A DNA stretch of 64,000 bases from Bigelowiella natans CCMP2755. Lineage: Eukaryota > Protista > Cercozoa. Numbering within the stretch: the first letter of the stretch is position 1; each line of letters opens with the position of its first letter. Under the pieces are notes generated by a model. That model searched no databases. It worked only from the letters and a program-made list of their open reading frames with translations, and was not told where the DNA came from. The DNA is taken from contig ADNK01002758.1 of the NCBI GenBank assembly GCA_000320545.1, positions 62,170 to 126,169 of the forward strand, written 5' to 3'. Made by a program: the position numbers and the translations under genes. This document shows positions 14,292-26,576 of the stretch, in pieces.

Positions 14292-15433
14292 CGATGGCTA
14301 TAAGTAATACTTAGCATGGCAATTTGCATCACATCTATAAAGTAATAATCACAAAACTACTACTGACTGCTACCAATGAACTACTACTACTACTTTTCAG
14401 AAAAGTTTTCCTTCTTGCGACATTGTGATATAAGCACAGCCTGATTAATATTAATGCTAATATCAATCCAATTTATGCTTAGTCCACCCTAGATCTCAAC
14501 AACAAACACACATAAAACACAAACGAATATATCTTACAACGCCCCCCCTCCCCCCTCTCCCTCTCCATTAATTTCCTCCTAAAATCTCCCACTTGTAGCT
14601 TATTACCTGAACTGCTGCAAGAACGCCACAGGGACCGTTTTTGGGTTGCACAATTCCGAGAGGAAACTTGGCATCAAAGGATAGCCCCTGAGTTATTACA
14701 TTCTCCATCAATTTTTGATGCACACTGATACGCAAATGAATTTACATAATGTATGTGTGTGTGTGTGTGTGTGTGTGTATGGTTCACGGAAAGGTATGGT
14801 GAAACATACTGAAGGAGGGAGACTTCACCTACAACGAACTAACTAATGCTGCGTGTGAATCTCTTTCTCATGATACCGTCATTATCATATTCATCCTCCT
14901 CCTCCTCCTCCTACCTGCGTCAACCAAGCATCTGGGATGTTCTTTGCTTCTGGCCAAATGCTGCTATACCTTTTCGGTGAATGATGGTGCACAGTAATAA
15001 GGACTCGTAATAAGGACTCTACTACAAAAATAGAACCGTTACGTGGTTCCTCAAAAATTTATAACATGTGATGATAAATCTAGTATCAAGGTATTGAGTC
15101 TTCGTTAAAGGATTACAACAACAGCCGATGGAACGCTGCTGCACATCAATAACTCTTTTCTCAGTGGAAGATAATGCAACAAACTAAAAGTCTACTGTTA
15201 CCAATCAGGAACTTTGAATCCAAGAGAAGGTTTGGATGATGTCGCCCCTCCTCCTCCCCCACCTCCTCCTCCGTCTCCGGACATAGACAGGAATCTATGG
15301 ATACAAGAAGAAGAATGCACAAATCATCAACGAGAACGCAGAAACTTGCTTACAGAGAGTAAAATGGAGCAAAATCTCCGCCTCCTAATTCCTTTTATGA
15401 AGCGAGCATATGTTTTATTCGTTGTATCCTTCC

Positions 15434-15482
<49 letters not shown>

Positions 15483-15620
15483 CTCACATGCCTTTCTTTT
15501 CTTCCTCTGCTAAGATTTTTCAACTTACAAGTTTACAGCTGCTTCAGGATTTCCCCCAGCCATCTCTAGGTAGGCCTTAGCTTCATTTTCAGGAACTCCG
15601 AAGGCTACTAGGGTTTCCAT
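8538..15620 (-). CDS. MINDY-3/4 (FAM188)-family deubiquitinase with N-terminal UBA-like domain and inserted NZF/RanBP2-like zinc finger
   Basis: First exon METLVAFGVPENEAKAYLEMAGGNPEAA (UBA-like). Exon ~14608-14688 GIVQPKNGPCGVLAAVQ carries the catalytic Cys box. Further motifs: WLCTSELISLLIRGKAGGNV, LKSPKSPVWILHGGDHFTTLWS (catalytic His), FYHWNGLPPG, ILWTKFPG. Stop TAG at 8540-8538. Confidence 0.88.
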
Positions 15621-16283
15621 TGTTTTATGATGATGATGTATGCTCTATGAATGGGATGATCACTGCTGTGAGCAGTAGGTGGCAACTGTGGTTCCAGTGA
15701 CGATTTTTTTCAGGCCTCACCTACTTACTTACTTTTTGACCATTTAGTCCTTGTCGTAGGGCGAGAATGACCACCATCACAGTAATAATGAGTCGCATTA
15801 CTGAGGATTCCTATACCGGTAATTTATCGAGTAACAGACCAAAAAGCTGCGGTTTATCCTAAGAACAACTACAACACTGCTACGAGGATACGCATATAAA
15901 ATTTTCAGACTTTTATTTATGCGGTGATAATCTTAAAAGTTGTAATTTATCTTAACAACAAGTACAACAACACTTCTGCAAGCACCGCCCCTGCGATTCA
16001 TCCAGACAGAATCATTGCCTCACAAAGTAGGAGCAGGACACCATCTGTTTAGTATCCCTCTCCTGATCACCTATCTGTTTCGCCTCCTACTCCTCCTCCT
16101 CCCCCCCTTCTTTTCTTCTTCTTCTTCCTCTTCGTCTTCTTTTGCCTAAGAAACTATAAGCAATCTTAAAGAATCTAGCCACCACCAGCACGTGTTAAGA
16201 AGACATCTAATATGATGCACACGCCGATGAATATGAAGGAAGGAGGGTAATCAATAGCGTTGGAGAAGGCAATTCGTTCCACG

Positions 16284-19152
16284 ATGAACAAAGATTCTGC
16301 CAATACAGGGAAAACGACAACAGGGGCGGAGGTCGACAACATAGGTATGTATCTGCTCTCTTCTCTTTCTAATCGTGCTCCTAAACGTGAATGGTTGTTA
16401 TAGTCCTTACGGAAGGAAAATCTCCATCAATCGATCAAAAAAGTTCACTGAATAACAGCAAAAAACCGTAATAATAACAACGAGTAGCAACCAACCACCA
16501 CTAACTAGACACTCTTTCAATTGGCATATTAAATAAAAAACATCATGAGGATTTATAAGCATCGTCGTCGTCATCATTATCATCATCGTCGTCGTCGATA
16601 TGATTACTGTCTTCCAACCTCCTTGTTGCTGACTCACAACCACCTTGCACAGAATGACAGAAATGAAGGTGGATGGTGAAATCGTAACTTTGTACAATGA
16701 CGAACACTTTAGTACCGTGAGGACAAAGATTTTTAACGTAATAATACGAATCACAACAACAGCAACGATAATGATAATAATACTAATACTAATAATAATA
16801 ATAATAATCATAATAACATTTGGCGGTGGATGATCTCATGTTTTTTGCGCTGCTGTTTCTTTCTCTAGTTAAGTGATTATCAATAATGATGCATATTGTA
16901 GATAATACCTCGTCTTGTTTCCAACCTATGATTGCGTTATTATCACTTACTTGTTTTTTTGACTTCGTATATCCTTTATGATGAGATTGTTAAATCATCC
17001 ATTGTCGTGTTTGTTCTATTTCCTTCCTGCTGCTTGCTGCTGCAGATATCGTCAGCTGAAAATCTCCTCAAAGACTTTAAATTTGAGCAACTTACCCACG
17101 GAGGAGGTATATAAACAACCACACGCATTTACTAATAACCATAAGCGAGAGTTGTTAGTTCCTGTGCATGCACATTTCCAACAGTAGTTTCTTGGGTGTA
17201 GAGAGCAAGCAGCAGAGAATATTTTATGCGGTGGGGGACTGAAAAGAAGAGGGGAAGAAGAAAACACGCTTGTAATTATGATTGATAGTGTTGAATAACC
17301 ATAATTATCGTTGCCACTATTGTTGTCTATAAAATCAGCATGATATGCGATATAACACAACCACTGCCATTGTTGTTGTTTTTGTTATTGTAATAACTAG
17401 GCAAAGGGGGTTCTCCCTTAGCATTTCTGCCTAGTGGCTATATTGTGAAAGAAATAAACTCGGTAGTAGGATAGTAGGACACCACCACCACCACCAACAA
17501 TAACAACATTAACAACAACGTGAGTAAGCACCTATTACTACTCTCACGACAACTAATACAGAACAGATCACTATCCCCATTAGCAGCATCATCATCATCA
17601 TCATCACCATCATCATCGCCGTCTCCATCATCATAAGCACCACCATCCATCATTAAGGGAGATAATGAATCATTGCTGGAAATGACGGAAGCTTTGTGCA
17701 AGAGGGCATTGGGGAAAAACACCTTCATCGTAACCTTTCTTGCTCATTTTAAAACGAAGAGAAGTGGCAGGTAGGATACTACTATTGCTACTACTATACT
17801 ACTACTACTACTACTACTACGACTACTAATATCTACTAATATCTACTCATCATCATACGAAGAGAAACTTCTGTATTAGATGTTGGTTTCATTGCACTTA
17901 TTAATTCCGAAAAGAGCTCCTAAGCCATGTGTTTTCGTTGTAGTAGTATTCTGATTGTACTACTACTTAAGATCTTTTATCGATCGATGGTGTTTATAGT
18001 GAATGACCTCCAGTCTCTTATCACTTTATATACACATGATGATACTGCTACATTGGCTGCTGTGACCGCAGAAACTATGCGGCAATGTCCAATGCCTTTC
18101 ACGTTCATGGAGTCAGTAAAGATGCAAAGGTTTGTGCGTGTGTGTGCAATGATAATGATGATGATGATAATGATGATGATGCCGGTTATTCGTATTCGAT
18201 GTTAACGATGATGAGAAGGCCATATCCAAAACATGCACAAAACCTAAAAGTGGATGGTGGTAATGATGAGTAATGATGATTAATGATGATGATGATGATG
18301 ATGATGAAAGGTGTTTTGGAAGTACATGTTCGATCTTAAGGGCTGTAGGGATGATAGGATGATGAGATTCAACAATCAAAAAGTTCCGGTGAGTAAGTAA
18401 ATAAGTAAGTGAGTAGTGTGTGATGATTACTGCTGAGCGAATAATCAACCAATTAGTACTATCGGTGGGTGAGTGCTTAATCATTATTAATGCTGCTTCC
18501 AAAAAAAGGAGGGGGCACCAAACCACCATCATCATCACCATCACTGCTATCACTACTACTACCATGATGAAATCATCATATCAAAACTCCAACATATGGT
18601 CAATGTCGTGTTGGCGTGCATATATGTATCACTATGTTGTATATTCTCGAGTCCTCTTCCACTAGCCAAAGAGGTTAATATTAAGTCTAGTAGTAGTAGT
18701 CAAGATGCCAAGGGCATAATGATGATGATGATGGTGAGGATGATACTCTATACCCTCTACTGCATTTCCTCTTATACTATAATCTCTTACTTGCAGGAGA
18801 TTCACAAACGGTTTTGGATGTTCTACAACTGTTGGTGATGATGATGATGATGCTGATGATGAAGATGACAAATATATGATGATGAAAATAATGATGATAG
18901 TTTTATTCCGTTGAAGCAGTAGTTGTAGAAAATGCTATGTTGTGTTGTATATTATTAGAAAAACAATATGTATTTTTTGTATCGTAGCATATTTACCAAC
19001 ATGCTTCTTCTTTCCTCAATTTCTTAACTATACACCTCATAATTATTTTGAACACCGAAGGTATTGCTGCGATCTGTTTGAGTGTCAAAACTGCAGCTGT
19101 TGCGATCTTAAGGAGAGAGGCGTGTAAGTATATTTCAGTGTATTATATGTGA

Positions 19153-19198
<46 letters not shown>

Positions 19199-19812
19199 TA
19201 GAGAGAGAGAGAAGAAGAAGAAGAAGAAGAAGAAGAAGAAGATTATGATGCTGATCGTGATGGTTTCAGTATTTCAAAAACTGTTTTTTAAGTATTGAAG
19301 ACAAAAAAGTGATAATGGGGATCCTTGTTGGTTGGTGTTACTACTTTGGTACCCATGGTGGTAATAGTAGTATAAGTTGTTTCGTAGAGCACATCATTCT
19401 CTTCTATTATCATAAACATATACTCATCGAATGATTTCTTCTCATTATTATTATTATTATTATATGAACATCTACATTCTCATCTCCCACTAGATATTAC
19501 CAGGGGAAAGTGGAAGCATACCAAGGAAAGCTACAATTGACCAAAACACAAAAACACGTCTTTGCGCAGGTGTTAATGATATGATTAGTTTGACTCCTCG
19601 TCCACTGAGTAGTAAAAGTAGTTTGCTGTTGTTTGTTGTTGTTTGTTGTTGTTTTTTGTTGTTTGTTAGTAGTTATAGTAGAGTAGCGGTAGTAGTAGTA
19701 GTAGTAGTAGTAGCTATTATTATTGATAGGGTGAGCAATCATCAGTCCACACATCATACTGCTCATATTAACAATGAGCAATCATCAGTTCACACATCAT
19801 ACTGCTCATATT

Positions 19813-19843
<31 letters not shown>

Positions 19844-19844
19844 C

Positions 19845-19882
<38 letters not shown>

Positions 19883-20312
19883 TCTAGAGGCTTAAGGGCG
19901 ATGCGGAGTTCCTGAATAGTTTTGGGGTTATGGACTACTCGCTGTTAGTGGGAGTGCAGTCTTACAAATCAATCGAGGTGCTGCTGCTCACAACTACTAC
20001 TTCTACCACTCATCATCAGCTTGCATATGCATCTTCATCATCACGACGACTACAAACAACGATTGTAACATGTGCTTCTCCCTTCCGCTTCCACATTTTG
20101 AGCTTATTGTTTATGCATATATGAGCTTATTGTTTATGCATGCATGTATGTGTAGGAGGCAAAAAAAGCAGGAATATGGCCAAGAGCAGCTAGTGGTGGA
20201 AATGGCGATAGTGATGATCAGGGATCTCAATTCGTCTGCCGGATCAAAGATCAAGAGACCGGGGATATCTTGTACCTAGGTAGCACTAGTAGTAGTGGTA
20301 GTTGTTGCTGTT

Positions 20313-20350
<38 letters not shown>

Positions 20351-20552
20351 TCATATTGATATTATACTGGTAAAATTGATGAGGCTTATCTAACCCAAGC
20401 ATTCTTCTTTGGAATCGTGGATTTCTTCCAGAAGTGGAATGCTGCAAAGGTAGTAAGTTGTGTCTGCTCTATGCGAGTTGTTTCACCATCATCACACGAC
20501 AATTAAATAAACAAAGATTGCTACTACACCGAGGGTAGATCCTTTTAAAAGG

Positions 20553-20596
<44 letters not shown>

Positions 20597-21547
20597 GTGC
20601 TGCAAATCTTCTCTTATGTTCAGATCATAGCGAGAACAGTAAAACTGTGTTGCTTCTGTTGTGCGCCGAAACCACTCTCCACTGTCCAGCCAGGTATTAT
20701 TTGGGTTGATATTCTCATCATCATCATCATCATTATCAGCAGCATCGTCACCAATCTGTTGGCACTCATCACTCATCATATATTTCTTGTTTGTGTGTTG
20801 CTTCAATCAATGCTCTTCTCTTCTCATCTCAAGACCGTTATAGCGTGCAATTCACTGATCACATCACTAGGAAGTTTCTCGTAAGAACAACGCCAACATC
20901 AACGCATGAGAAAGAACGTTGGCAGCAGATGTTTTTGGATAAATAGCTCTGTAGCATTGATCCGTCGTTGACATACCCAAGTACAGCCTTATCGTCTTTA
21001 TCGTGACTATATATTTGTCGTGACACCTATTGTTCATTGTTTGGTACAATCACACAAACCATATTGTGTTTGCTAGCAACGCTGCTGCTCCTGCTGCTGC
21101 TGCTGGTAGTAGTGCTCTAAGTATACTTTGTACTAATTGCAAATATTCACGCAGCCAACAGGATGGGAGATAGATCCTCACGACAACGATGACGATGCTG
21201 CTAGTATCATCATCAAAGGAGGAGGAGGTGGCGGAGAGGAAAAGAACAAGAGCAAGAAGGCCTCCGGTGGTAGCAGCCAGCAGGAAAGCAAATCGATTCA
21301 TTCTTCCGGAGATCGAAAGGAGACCAATGAGAAGAAAATGACGACTAATGAAGCTGGGGAACCAACGAATTCCAACGTAAATGATGATGTATCACTTCCC
21401 CCACAAAACCCTTCGGACAGTGCTAAGGAAACTACTGACGGTGCTGATGCAAAATGCAAAGACGTGAAAGAGGGAAAGCAGGTGGAGCAGAAACAAGATG
21501 AGAACATCATTACAAACCCGCCTGAAGCAATTACTTCAGCTTCATAA
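16284..21547 (+). CDS. Phosphatidylinositol-phosphate kinase (PIP5K/PIP4K family)
   Basis: Spliced motifs GGGKGGSPLAF...YIVKEI (~17095-17460), YMFDLKGC (~18323), DAEFLNSFGVMDYSLLVGV (~19900), FFFGIVDFFQKWN (~20400), PLSTVQP (~20670). Acidic low-complexity last exon ends at 21547. The start is uncertain. Confidence 0.88.
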
Positions 21548-21559
21548 GTAGAGGGGAAG

Positions 21560-22500
21560 GCTGGTCATGTCTAGATATCATAAGGAAGAGAAAAAGCAGG
21601 TAATCCTCAAAACGGATACTGCACATGATGAGCATGAACAATGCTAGAATACCGCGTCAACAATGCATGTACCTACCTAGTTCTAGGGTTACGTAGCATG
21701 GGACTAACATGCAGATCTCATCATTAATTGATGCTATCATGCTAGCATGCACAGTCCTAGACTAGTAGACTAATAGAGTCTACCAGTCTAGCCAGTCTAG
21801 CAGTGTTTGTGTAATACTGGAATGTTTCGCTCGATTCGACCCACTAATGCTCTAGTCTAGCTAGAGTAGTGCTTGTCGGGCGGGCCATCTAGCTCTTGTT
21901 GCGGTTTGATCAACAGCGTGCGCGCATGCACATTGCTAGATTGAAACGTCTAGCTAGCTAGCACTACTAGTTAGCTAGACTAGCGACTGTACTAGCTAGC
22001 TAGTCTAGTAGTGTAGATCACACATCTCTGATTTAGCTAGCTATGCTAGCTAGCATGCGAGCATGCTAGCATGGCTAGATGGTGCAGTTAAAACCATGAT
22101 CAATTAAAAGCAAATCTGCTAGCAGTCTCGTCAATCAAGCAAGCTGTGGACATGCAGTTTACTAGCAGGCTAGCTAGCTAGCTAGTAGGTTGCATGAGCT
22201 TCACTAGTTCGATCATTTTGCACACGACACAACTAGACAAGCCGAGTACGTAGCACAGCTCGCTAGCTCGACAGCATGCACAATTACGTACATGCTAGCA
22301 TCTAGAGCATGTCTGAACAGATGCACACAGCTAGCCAACCTAGACACTTATGTTGCGCTATCTAGCTTAGCTATGCTACTGCTGTTAAATGTACATACAT
22401 ACATTGCCAGAGTCTGCAATCACCACATTTACAATGCGCACGAATCTATGGTACAAATTTGACTCATACCATCACATCAGCACGTTGAACGATACGTATG
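21560..22500. other. CTAG/CATG/TGCA-rich tail-to-tail spacer 2
   Basis: Runs such as tctagctagctagcactactagttagctagactag and gctagctagcatgcgagcatgctagcatggctag. Confidence 0.85.
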
Positions 22501-22655
22501 CTGAGTGTCAGCGTGTGTATATTATTGCTTAAATGGCACTTGCTTTATACTGCTTAAATGGCACTTGCTTTATTATATTTGAATATCATGATATCTGTGT
22601 CATCTAAATTTGGTCATACCGTATCGTCATATATGAAACAGCCTTTGCAGTAATC

Positions 22656-24850
22656 TCAGAAGAGAGAATACACGGCTTGTGCAACCTTACCAAGCTGCTG
22701 ATGAGCGCTGACAACGAAATCAGCTTCAAAGAAAAACTTAGGCAGAACCTTGGCAGCACAACGATGGATGTGGTAGAAAGCATTGACAATGCCGTGGTTG
22801 ACTGCAAAAGATGAAGCACGGAGTCCATCCACAACGATAAGACCGTGGGAGTGGTCAGTAATGACAGAGTAGATTCCTTCTCCCCTAAAACGGCCAATTT
22901 GAATGACTTTCTCAGGTCCATCCACTCCAGAAAGGCACATTGCAAGTGTGACATCAGATGCATGGTAGAGCTCAAATTTAGAGTCCTTCCCACAGTCGTT
23001 TGCAAGGATGAGGTGCTTCCTGGATAGCTGAATGCGGCTAGCCTTGTTGGTGGTCAACTCAAGGAAACGGATCTTGTGATTGTTGCCCTTGGTGTGAGGA
23101 AGGAAAACCACCTTACCATGAGTGAGACTTCCATCTTCAGCAGTCACAACAACCGATTCACCAATGGTGATATCCTTGATAGCCTTCTTTTCTCCGCTCT
23201 TGAGCGTAAGCATAGAGGACCCCGAAAAGCAAACATCGTCTCCGTCATCATCTCCATCATCCTCAACCATACCGTCAGCGGACAAATCGACCATCCCTGC
23301 AGAGCGATCGTTTGCAGCATGCTGTGCTACTGCATCGCTTCCAGAAGTAGCCCAGATCATGGTCTGAGGTCCCTGGATACCGATATCGAAGTCACCTCTG
23401 AGAAACAACCACAATTATAATTAGCGTACGTTAGAAAATGACCGTCAGTCGTAAGGTATTTGAAAAATGTCGTTCATGCATCTTATGTTGTAACATATGC
23501 ATGTTATGTTGCAATACCCTCTGAGATTGATCGTAAACTGAACGGTAGTCGTAGTCCCATCATCGAAGCAGAAGGTGTTTGAGATGGACTGGTTCAACCC
23601 AGCGATAGGTTGACGGCCGTTAAAGACGAAACTGTCGACCAACAACCAAGAAAGTCGGTTAGAATAACAGAAACGTTCAACTTCATTTGATCGGTGGTCG
23701 TCTATCGTCTCTAAAAACTTACTCTTCAAGAAGAGTAGGCTGCCCTCCATTTGGTCCACAGAATCCGATGATAGCTTGTCCGTTGACCATAGGAGTAGCT
23801 GCTATTGGACCTGCGAAGCCAATTGCCACGTATCCTACGACTTGTGCGCTGACTTGGAATGCGATCTGGGTTTGACTTACAGACCATTGGAAGGAGAGGC
23901 CATTGGTTGGGGTAGTGAAGGAACACTGGTACTGGCCTTGAACAACGTCACCACCCACAACACATGGCCCACTGATAGGAGGATCAAGGTCCACCTACGA
24001 TGTTATTAAGGTCACGATCATATCACGAATGACGACGATGGTATATTTGTAAAATGTGTCCAAATTATCACTTTCTGACTAAAAGAATATGAGGTTTTTA
24101 TGGACAACCGTATTAGCTCCACGGTCAGCAACTGCATGCTGTCCAAGCATGTCATTCTCGCTCGTGGCCCAGATCATTGTCATTGGCGTATCAGGCATGA
24201 TGTCGAACGATTGACTGAAAAATCAAGTACACCCTTTATTATGCCACTTGCAGATAGTAGTTCTTAGCGGGGCAATAAGAAGTACAACAAAGTGGGAATA
24301 TCAATATAAGTAGGAATATTACGTAAACACTTACGCGTTTGGTGCAGCCAAAGTACGGGTGAATCGAACCGTAGTAGTGAGACCAGTGTCCAAGCAAGAA
24401 GCGTCTGATAGAATGGCACCCGTAGCTACTGGCTGTCTTCCATTGAAATTGTACCTAGAGAATAAATCACAATGAGACTGAGGAATACGATGTCATTCAT
24501 GTATTGGTTGTGTGACATCCTGTGACTATTATTTTCGTCGATCAGTATTACTCCTGCACGTCCATGATAGTGCCACCAACGTCGCAGAAGCCAATCCAGG
24601 CCATACCGTTTAGCATCGGAGTAGCAGGAGTGTCCCCACCAAATCCAAGTCCCACGTAGCCGTCAGCATTAGCGGTGATTTCGAAGGTGATGTGGGTGCC
24701 ATTGATAGCCCAGGAGTATCGCAGCGCAGCAGGAAGCGTGGTCTGACGAGAGCACAAGTACTGGCCAGGAACGAGTGCCCTGGTGGTTGTACAAGCCTGT
24801 GCATCAGCAGCAGAGGCAAAGAGAGCCAGGATTGCAAGGACCGTCAACAT
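22656..24850 (-). CDS. Secreted protein: signal peptide + 2 DOMON domains + Hedgehog-type Hog (Hint + SRR-like tail) autoprocessing domain
   Basis: Six exons (approx. 24850-24552, 24454-24335, 24216-24109, 23994-23723, 23636-23519, 23398-22656). Hydrophobic leader MLTVLAILALFASAADA. Two similar DOMON units (GYVGLGF..TPMLNG..WIG..MIWA..QH and GYVAIGF..TPMVNG..IIG..MIWA..QH). Acidic linker, then CFSGSSMLTLKSGEKKAIKDITIGESV (Cys codon 23231-23229), IQLSRKHLI, GIYSVIT...LIVVDGLRASSFA. Confidence 0.92.
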
Positions 24851-25224
24851 GGCAGCTAGGAGCTTGGGTTGTGATGTGCGAGGGGATGGATCCAAGCAGG
24901 ATATTTTGCTCTGCCAGAAATAGACTTTTTTTTATAAAGTTGTTGCTCAGGCACAAGCCTTGCGTACATCTCACACGCACTTCTGTAGGCAATCATGTGA
25001 TGGCCATCGCAAAGGGGATTCCTCGTCTGCTTCAACGTAGAATTGTTGATTCTGTGTGAAAGACGGCATGTTGGATTGCAGCAAGCATGGTGGATAGCAG
25101 CGTGTTAACTAAGTGAGCCTGTCGGAGGACAAGACTGTTTGTGGAACCACAGAATCCCAATTGTTCATGCAATGCAATTCTGCTGCATTCTGCTGCATTC
25201 TGCTGCACGTGTAAAAAAAGAGCA

Positions 25225-26516
25225 ATGCCTCAAAATCCCGGAGCCTTACCCCGATTCTGGTCTGCGACATCATTCTTTACTAGTCGTACCGAATCTTACA
25301 GCCTCTTATCTCTTCTTTATATTGAAAATATTCAAATCGCAGGAGGATTTTGTAAAGTATGGATAGAATTAGATGTCGTAGATAGTAATTAGGTATTCCA
25401 CTAATAAATATCAATTCATCGATTCCAGCCTTGTGCTCGCAGAGAGGGACATCTACCATCGCATCCACTGTGAGCAGCACTCTATGCTTATTTAATGAGC
25501 TACTCGTATGACTGGATTTGCAGGAGCATTAGCAAATATATGATCTAAGAGAAAGCTGATTAAATTGGATGCGTCCTTGACAGGTGGATAGGGGTCGGAC
25601 TTCTACATGATGCATTATTACAATACCAACAGCAAACAAGTCGTCAAGCAGGTTGTAATGAGTACCACTGATTTATGAGTTTCAATTACTTGGATATTAA
25701 ATCTATTATTGATGGTGGTTGCTGTGGCGACACTGACGAATACCATCCAAACATAGAGGTTCCAGCAAGCTGATAAAGATAAAGATGGAAAACTCTCTGT
25801 CGAGGTAACCATTGGTGAATGGTTACAAAATATGAAAATAAACAAACGTTTGAAGCGTCATTTACGTAATACACACCTAATACGGTTTGGATGCTTTGCA
25901 ACGTGTTTGCCATTGTGATGGAATTTTAGTTCTTAACGAAGTTCTCCCTGCTTCCTGGCTCTTACTACCTGTAGGAATTTAGGCTGCATCTAAGCCAATG
26001 TTTGTCAGCAACAGAGGAGCAGGCAGGATTTTTGATGCATCAATTTGGTATTAAAAACTGTTCATATATTTGTCTTTTTTTCCCTTCATCTCGCATACTC
26101 GCAACATGAAACTCACGTTGATTTGCAAACGTATAACTATTCTGCTTGCTGGCTGCCGACTTCGCGTTGACTTCTTTGGCATTAAATCTTCGTATTGGAC
26201 GATTTTGGGATTCAAGACACAAATCAAGATCATTATGTAATTCAAGAACTTGGGGAAGGGGGGGGGGAAGACTGTAGTGCGCATATAGTATGCTGTGTAA
26301 GATTTCTCACACGATTTATGGCTCTTTGTGCACCAAATATTTACATGATCCTCCTCATTATGGCGATTTTGTTATCCTAGTTATTTTTAATGTTTAATTT
26401 TCTTCATCACCAATGATTATTCAGATAGATGAGAAGGAGTTCACAGTTTTTGTCGAGTATGAAGTATTGGTACGCGTGCGCCACGTGCATTACTGCTTAC
26501 ACACACACACACACTA

Positions 26517-26576
<60 letters not shown>

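Larger units (their letters stand above)
1580..21100. repeat. Abundant intronic microsatellites, block 1
   Basis: (GT)n, (GA)n, (TA)n, (GTA)n, (GAT)n, (CAA)n and (CTT)n tracts in most introns of three consecutive genes. Confidence 0.95.

Noticed and set aside
19736-19816. Local direct duplications (42 bp here; ~22-25 bp at 20099-20140 and 22527-22572; 13 bp at 14994-15019)
   Set aside because: Adjacent tandem copies with no intervening element; consistent with ordinary slippage, not target-site duplications.
8300-21100. Dozens of short ORFs with poly-H, -Y, -L, -S, -C or -M runs in the ORF track
   Set aside because: They are translations of intronic microsatellites or antisense shadows of real exons.
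22023-22065. Similarity to 29894-29937 (acatctctgat.tagctagcta...gcatgctagcatg)
   Set aside because: Mostly made of the low-complexity CTAG/CATG words common to all spacers; homology cannot be separated from convergence by eye.
21900-22200. CTAG arrays as a CRISPR array, telomeric repeat or satellite
   Set aside because: No constant repeat-spacer period or fixed unit; the words are irregularly interspersed.
22656-23231. Hint domain as a true intein or a bona fide hedgehog gene
   Set aside because: No C-terminal His-Asn plus Cys/Ser/Thr splice junction, no endonuclease, and no Hedge N-terminal domain.
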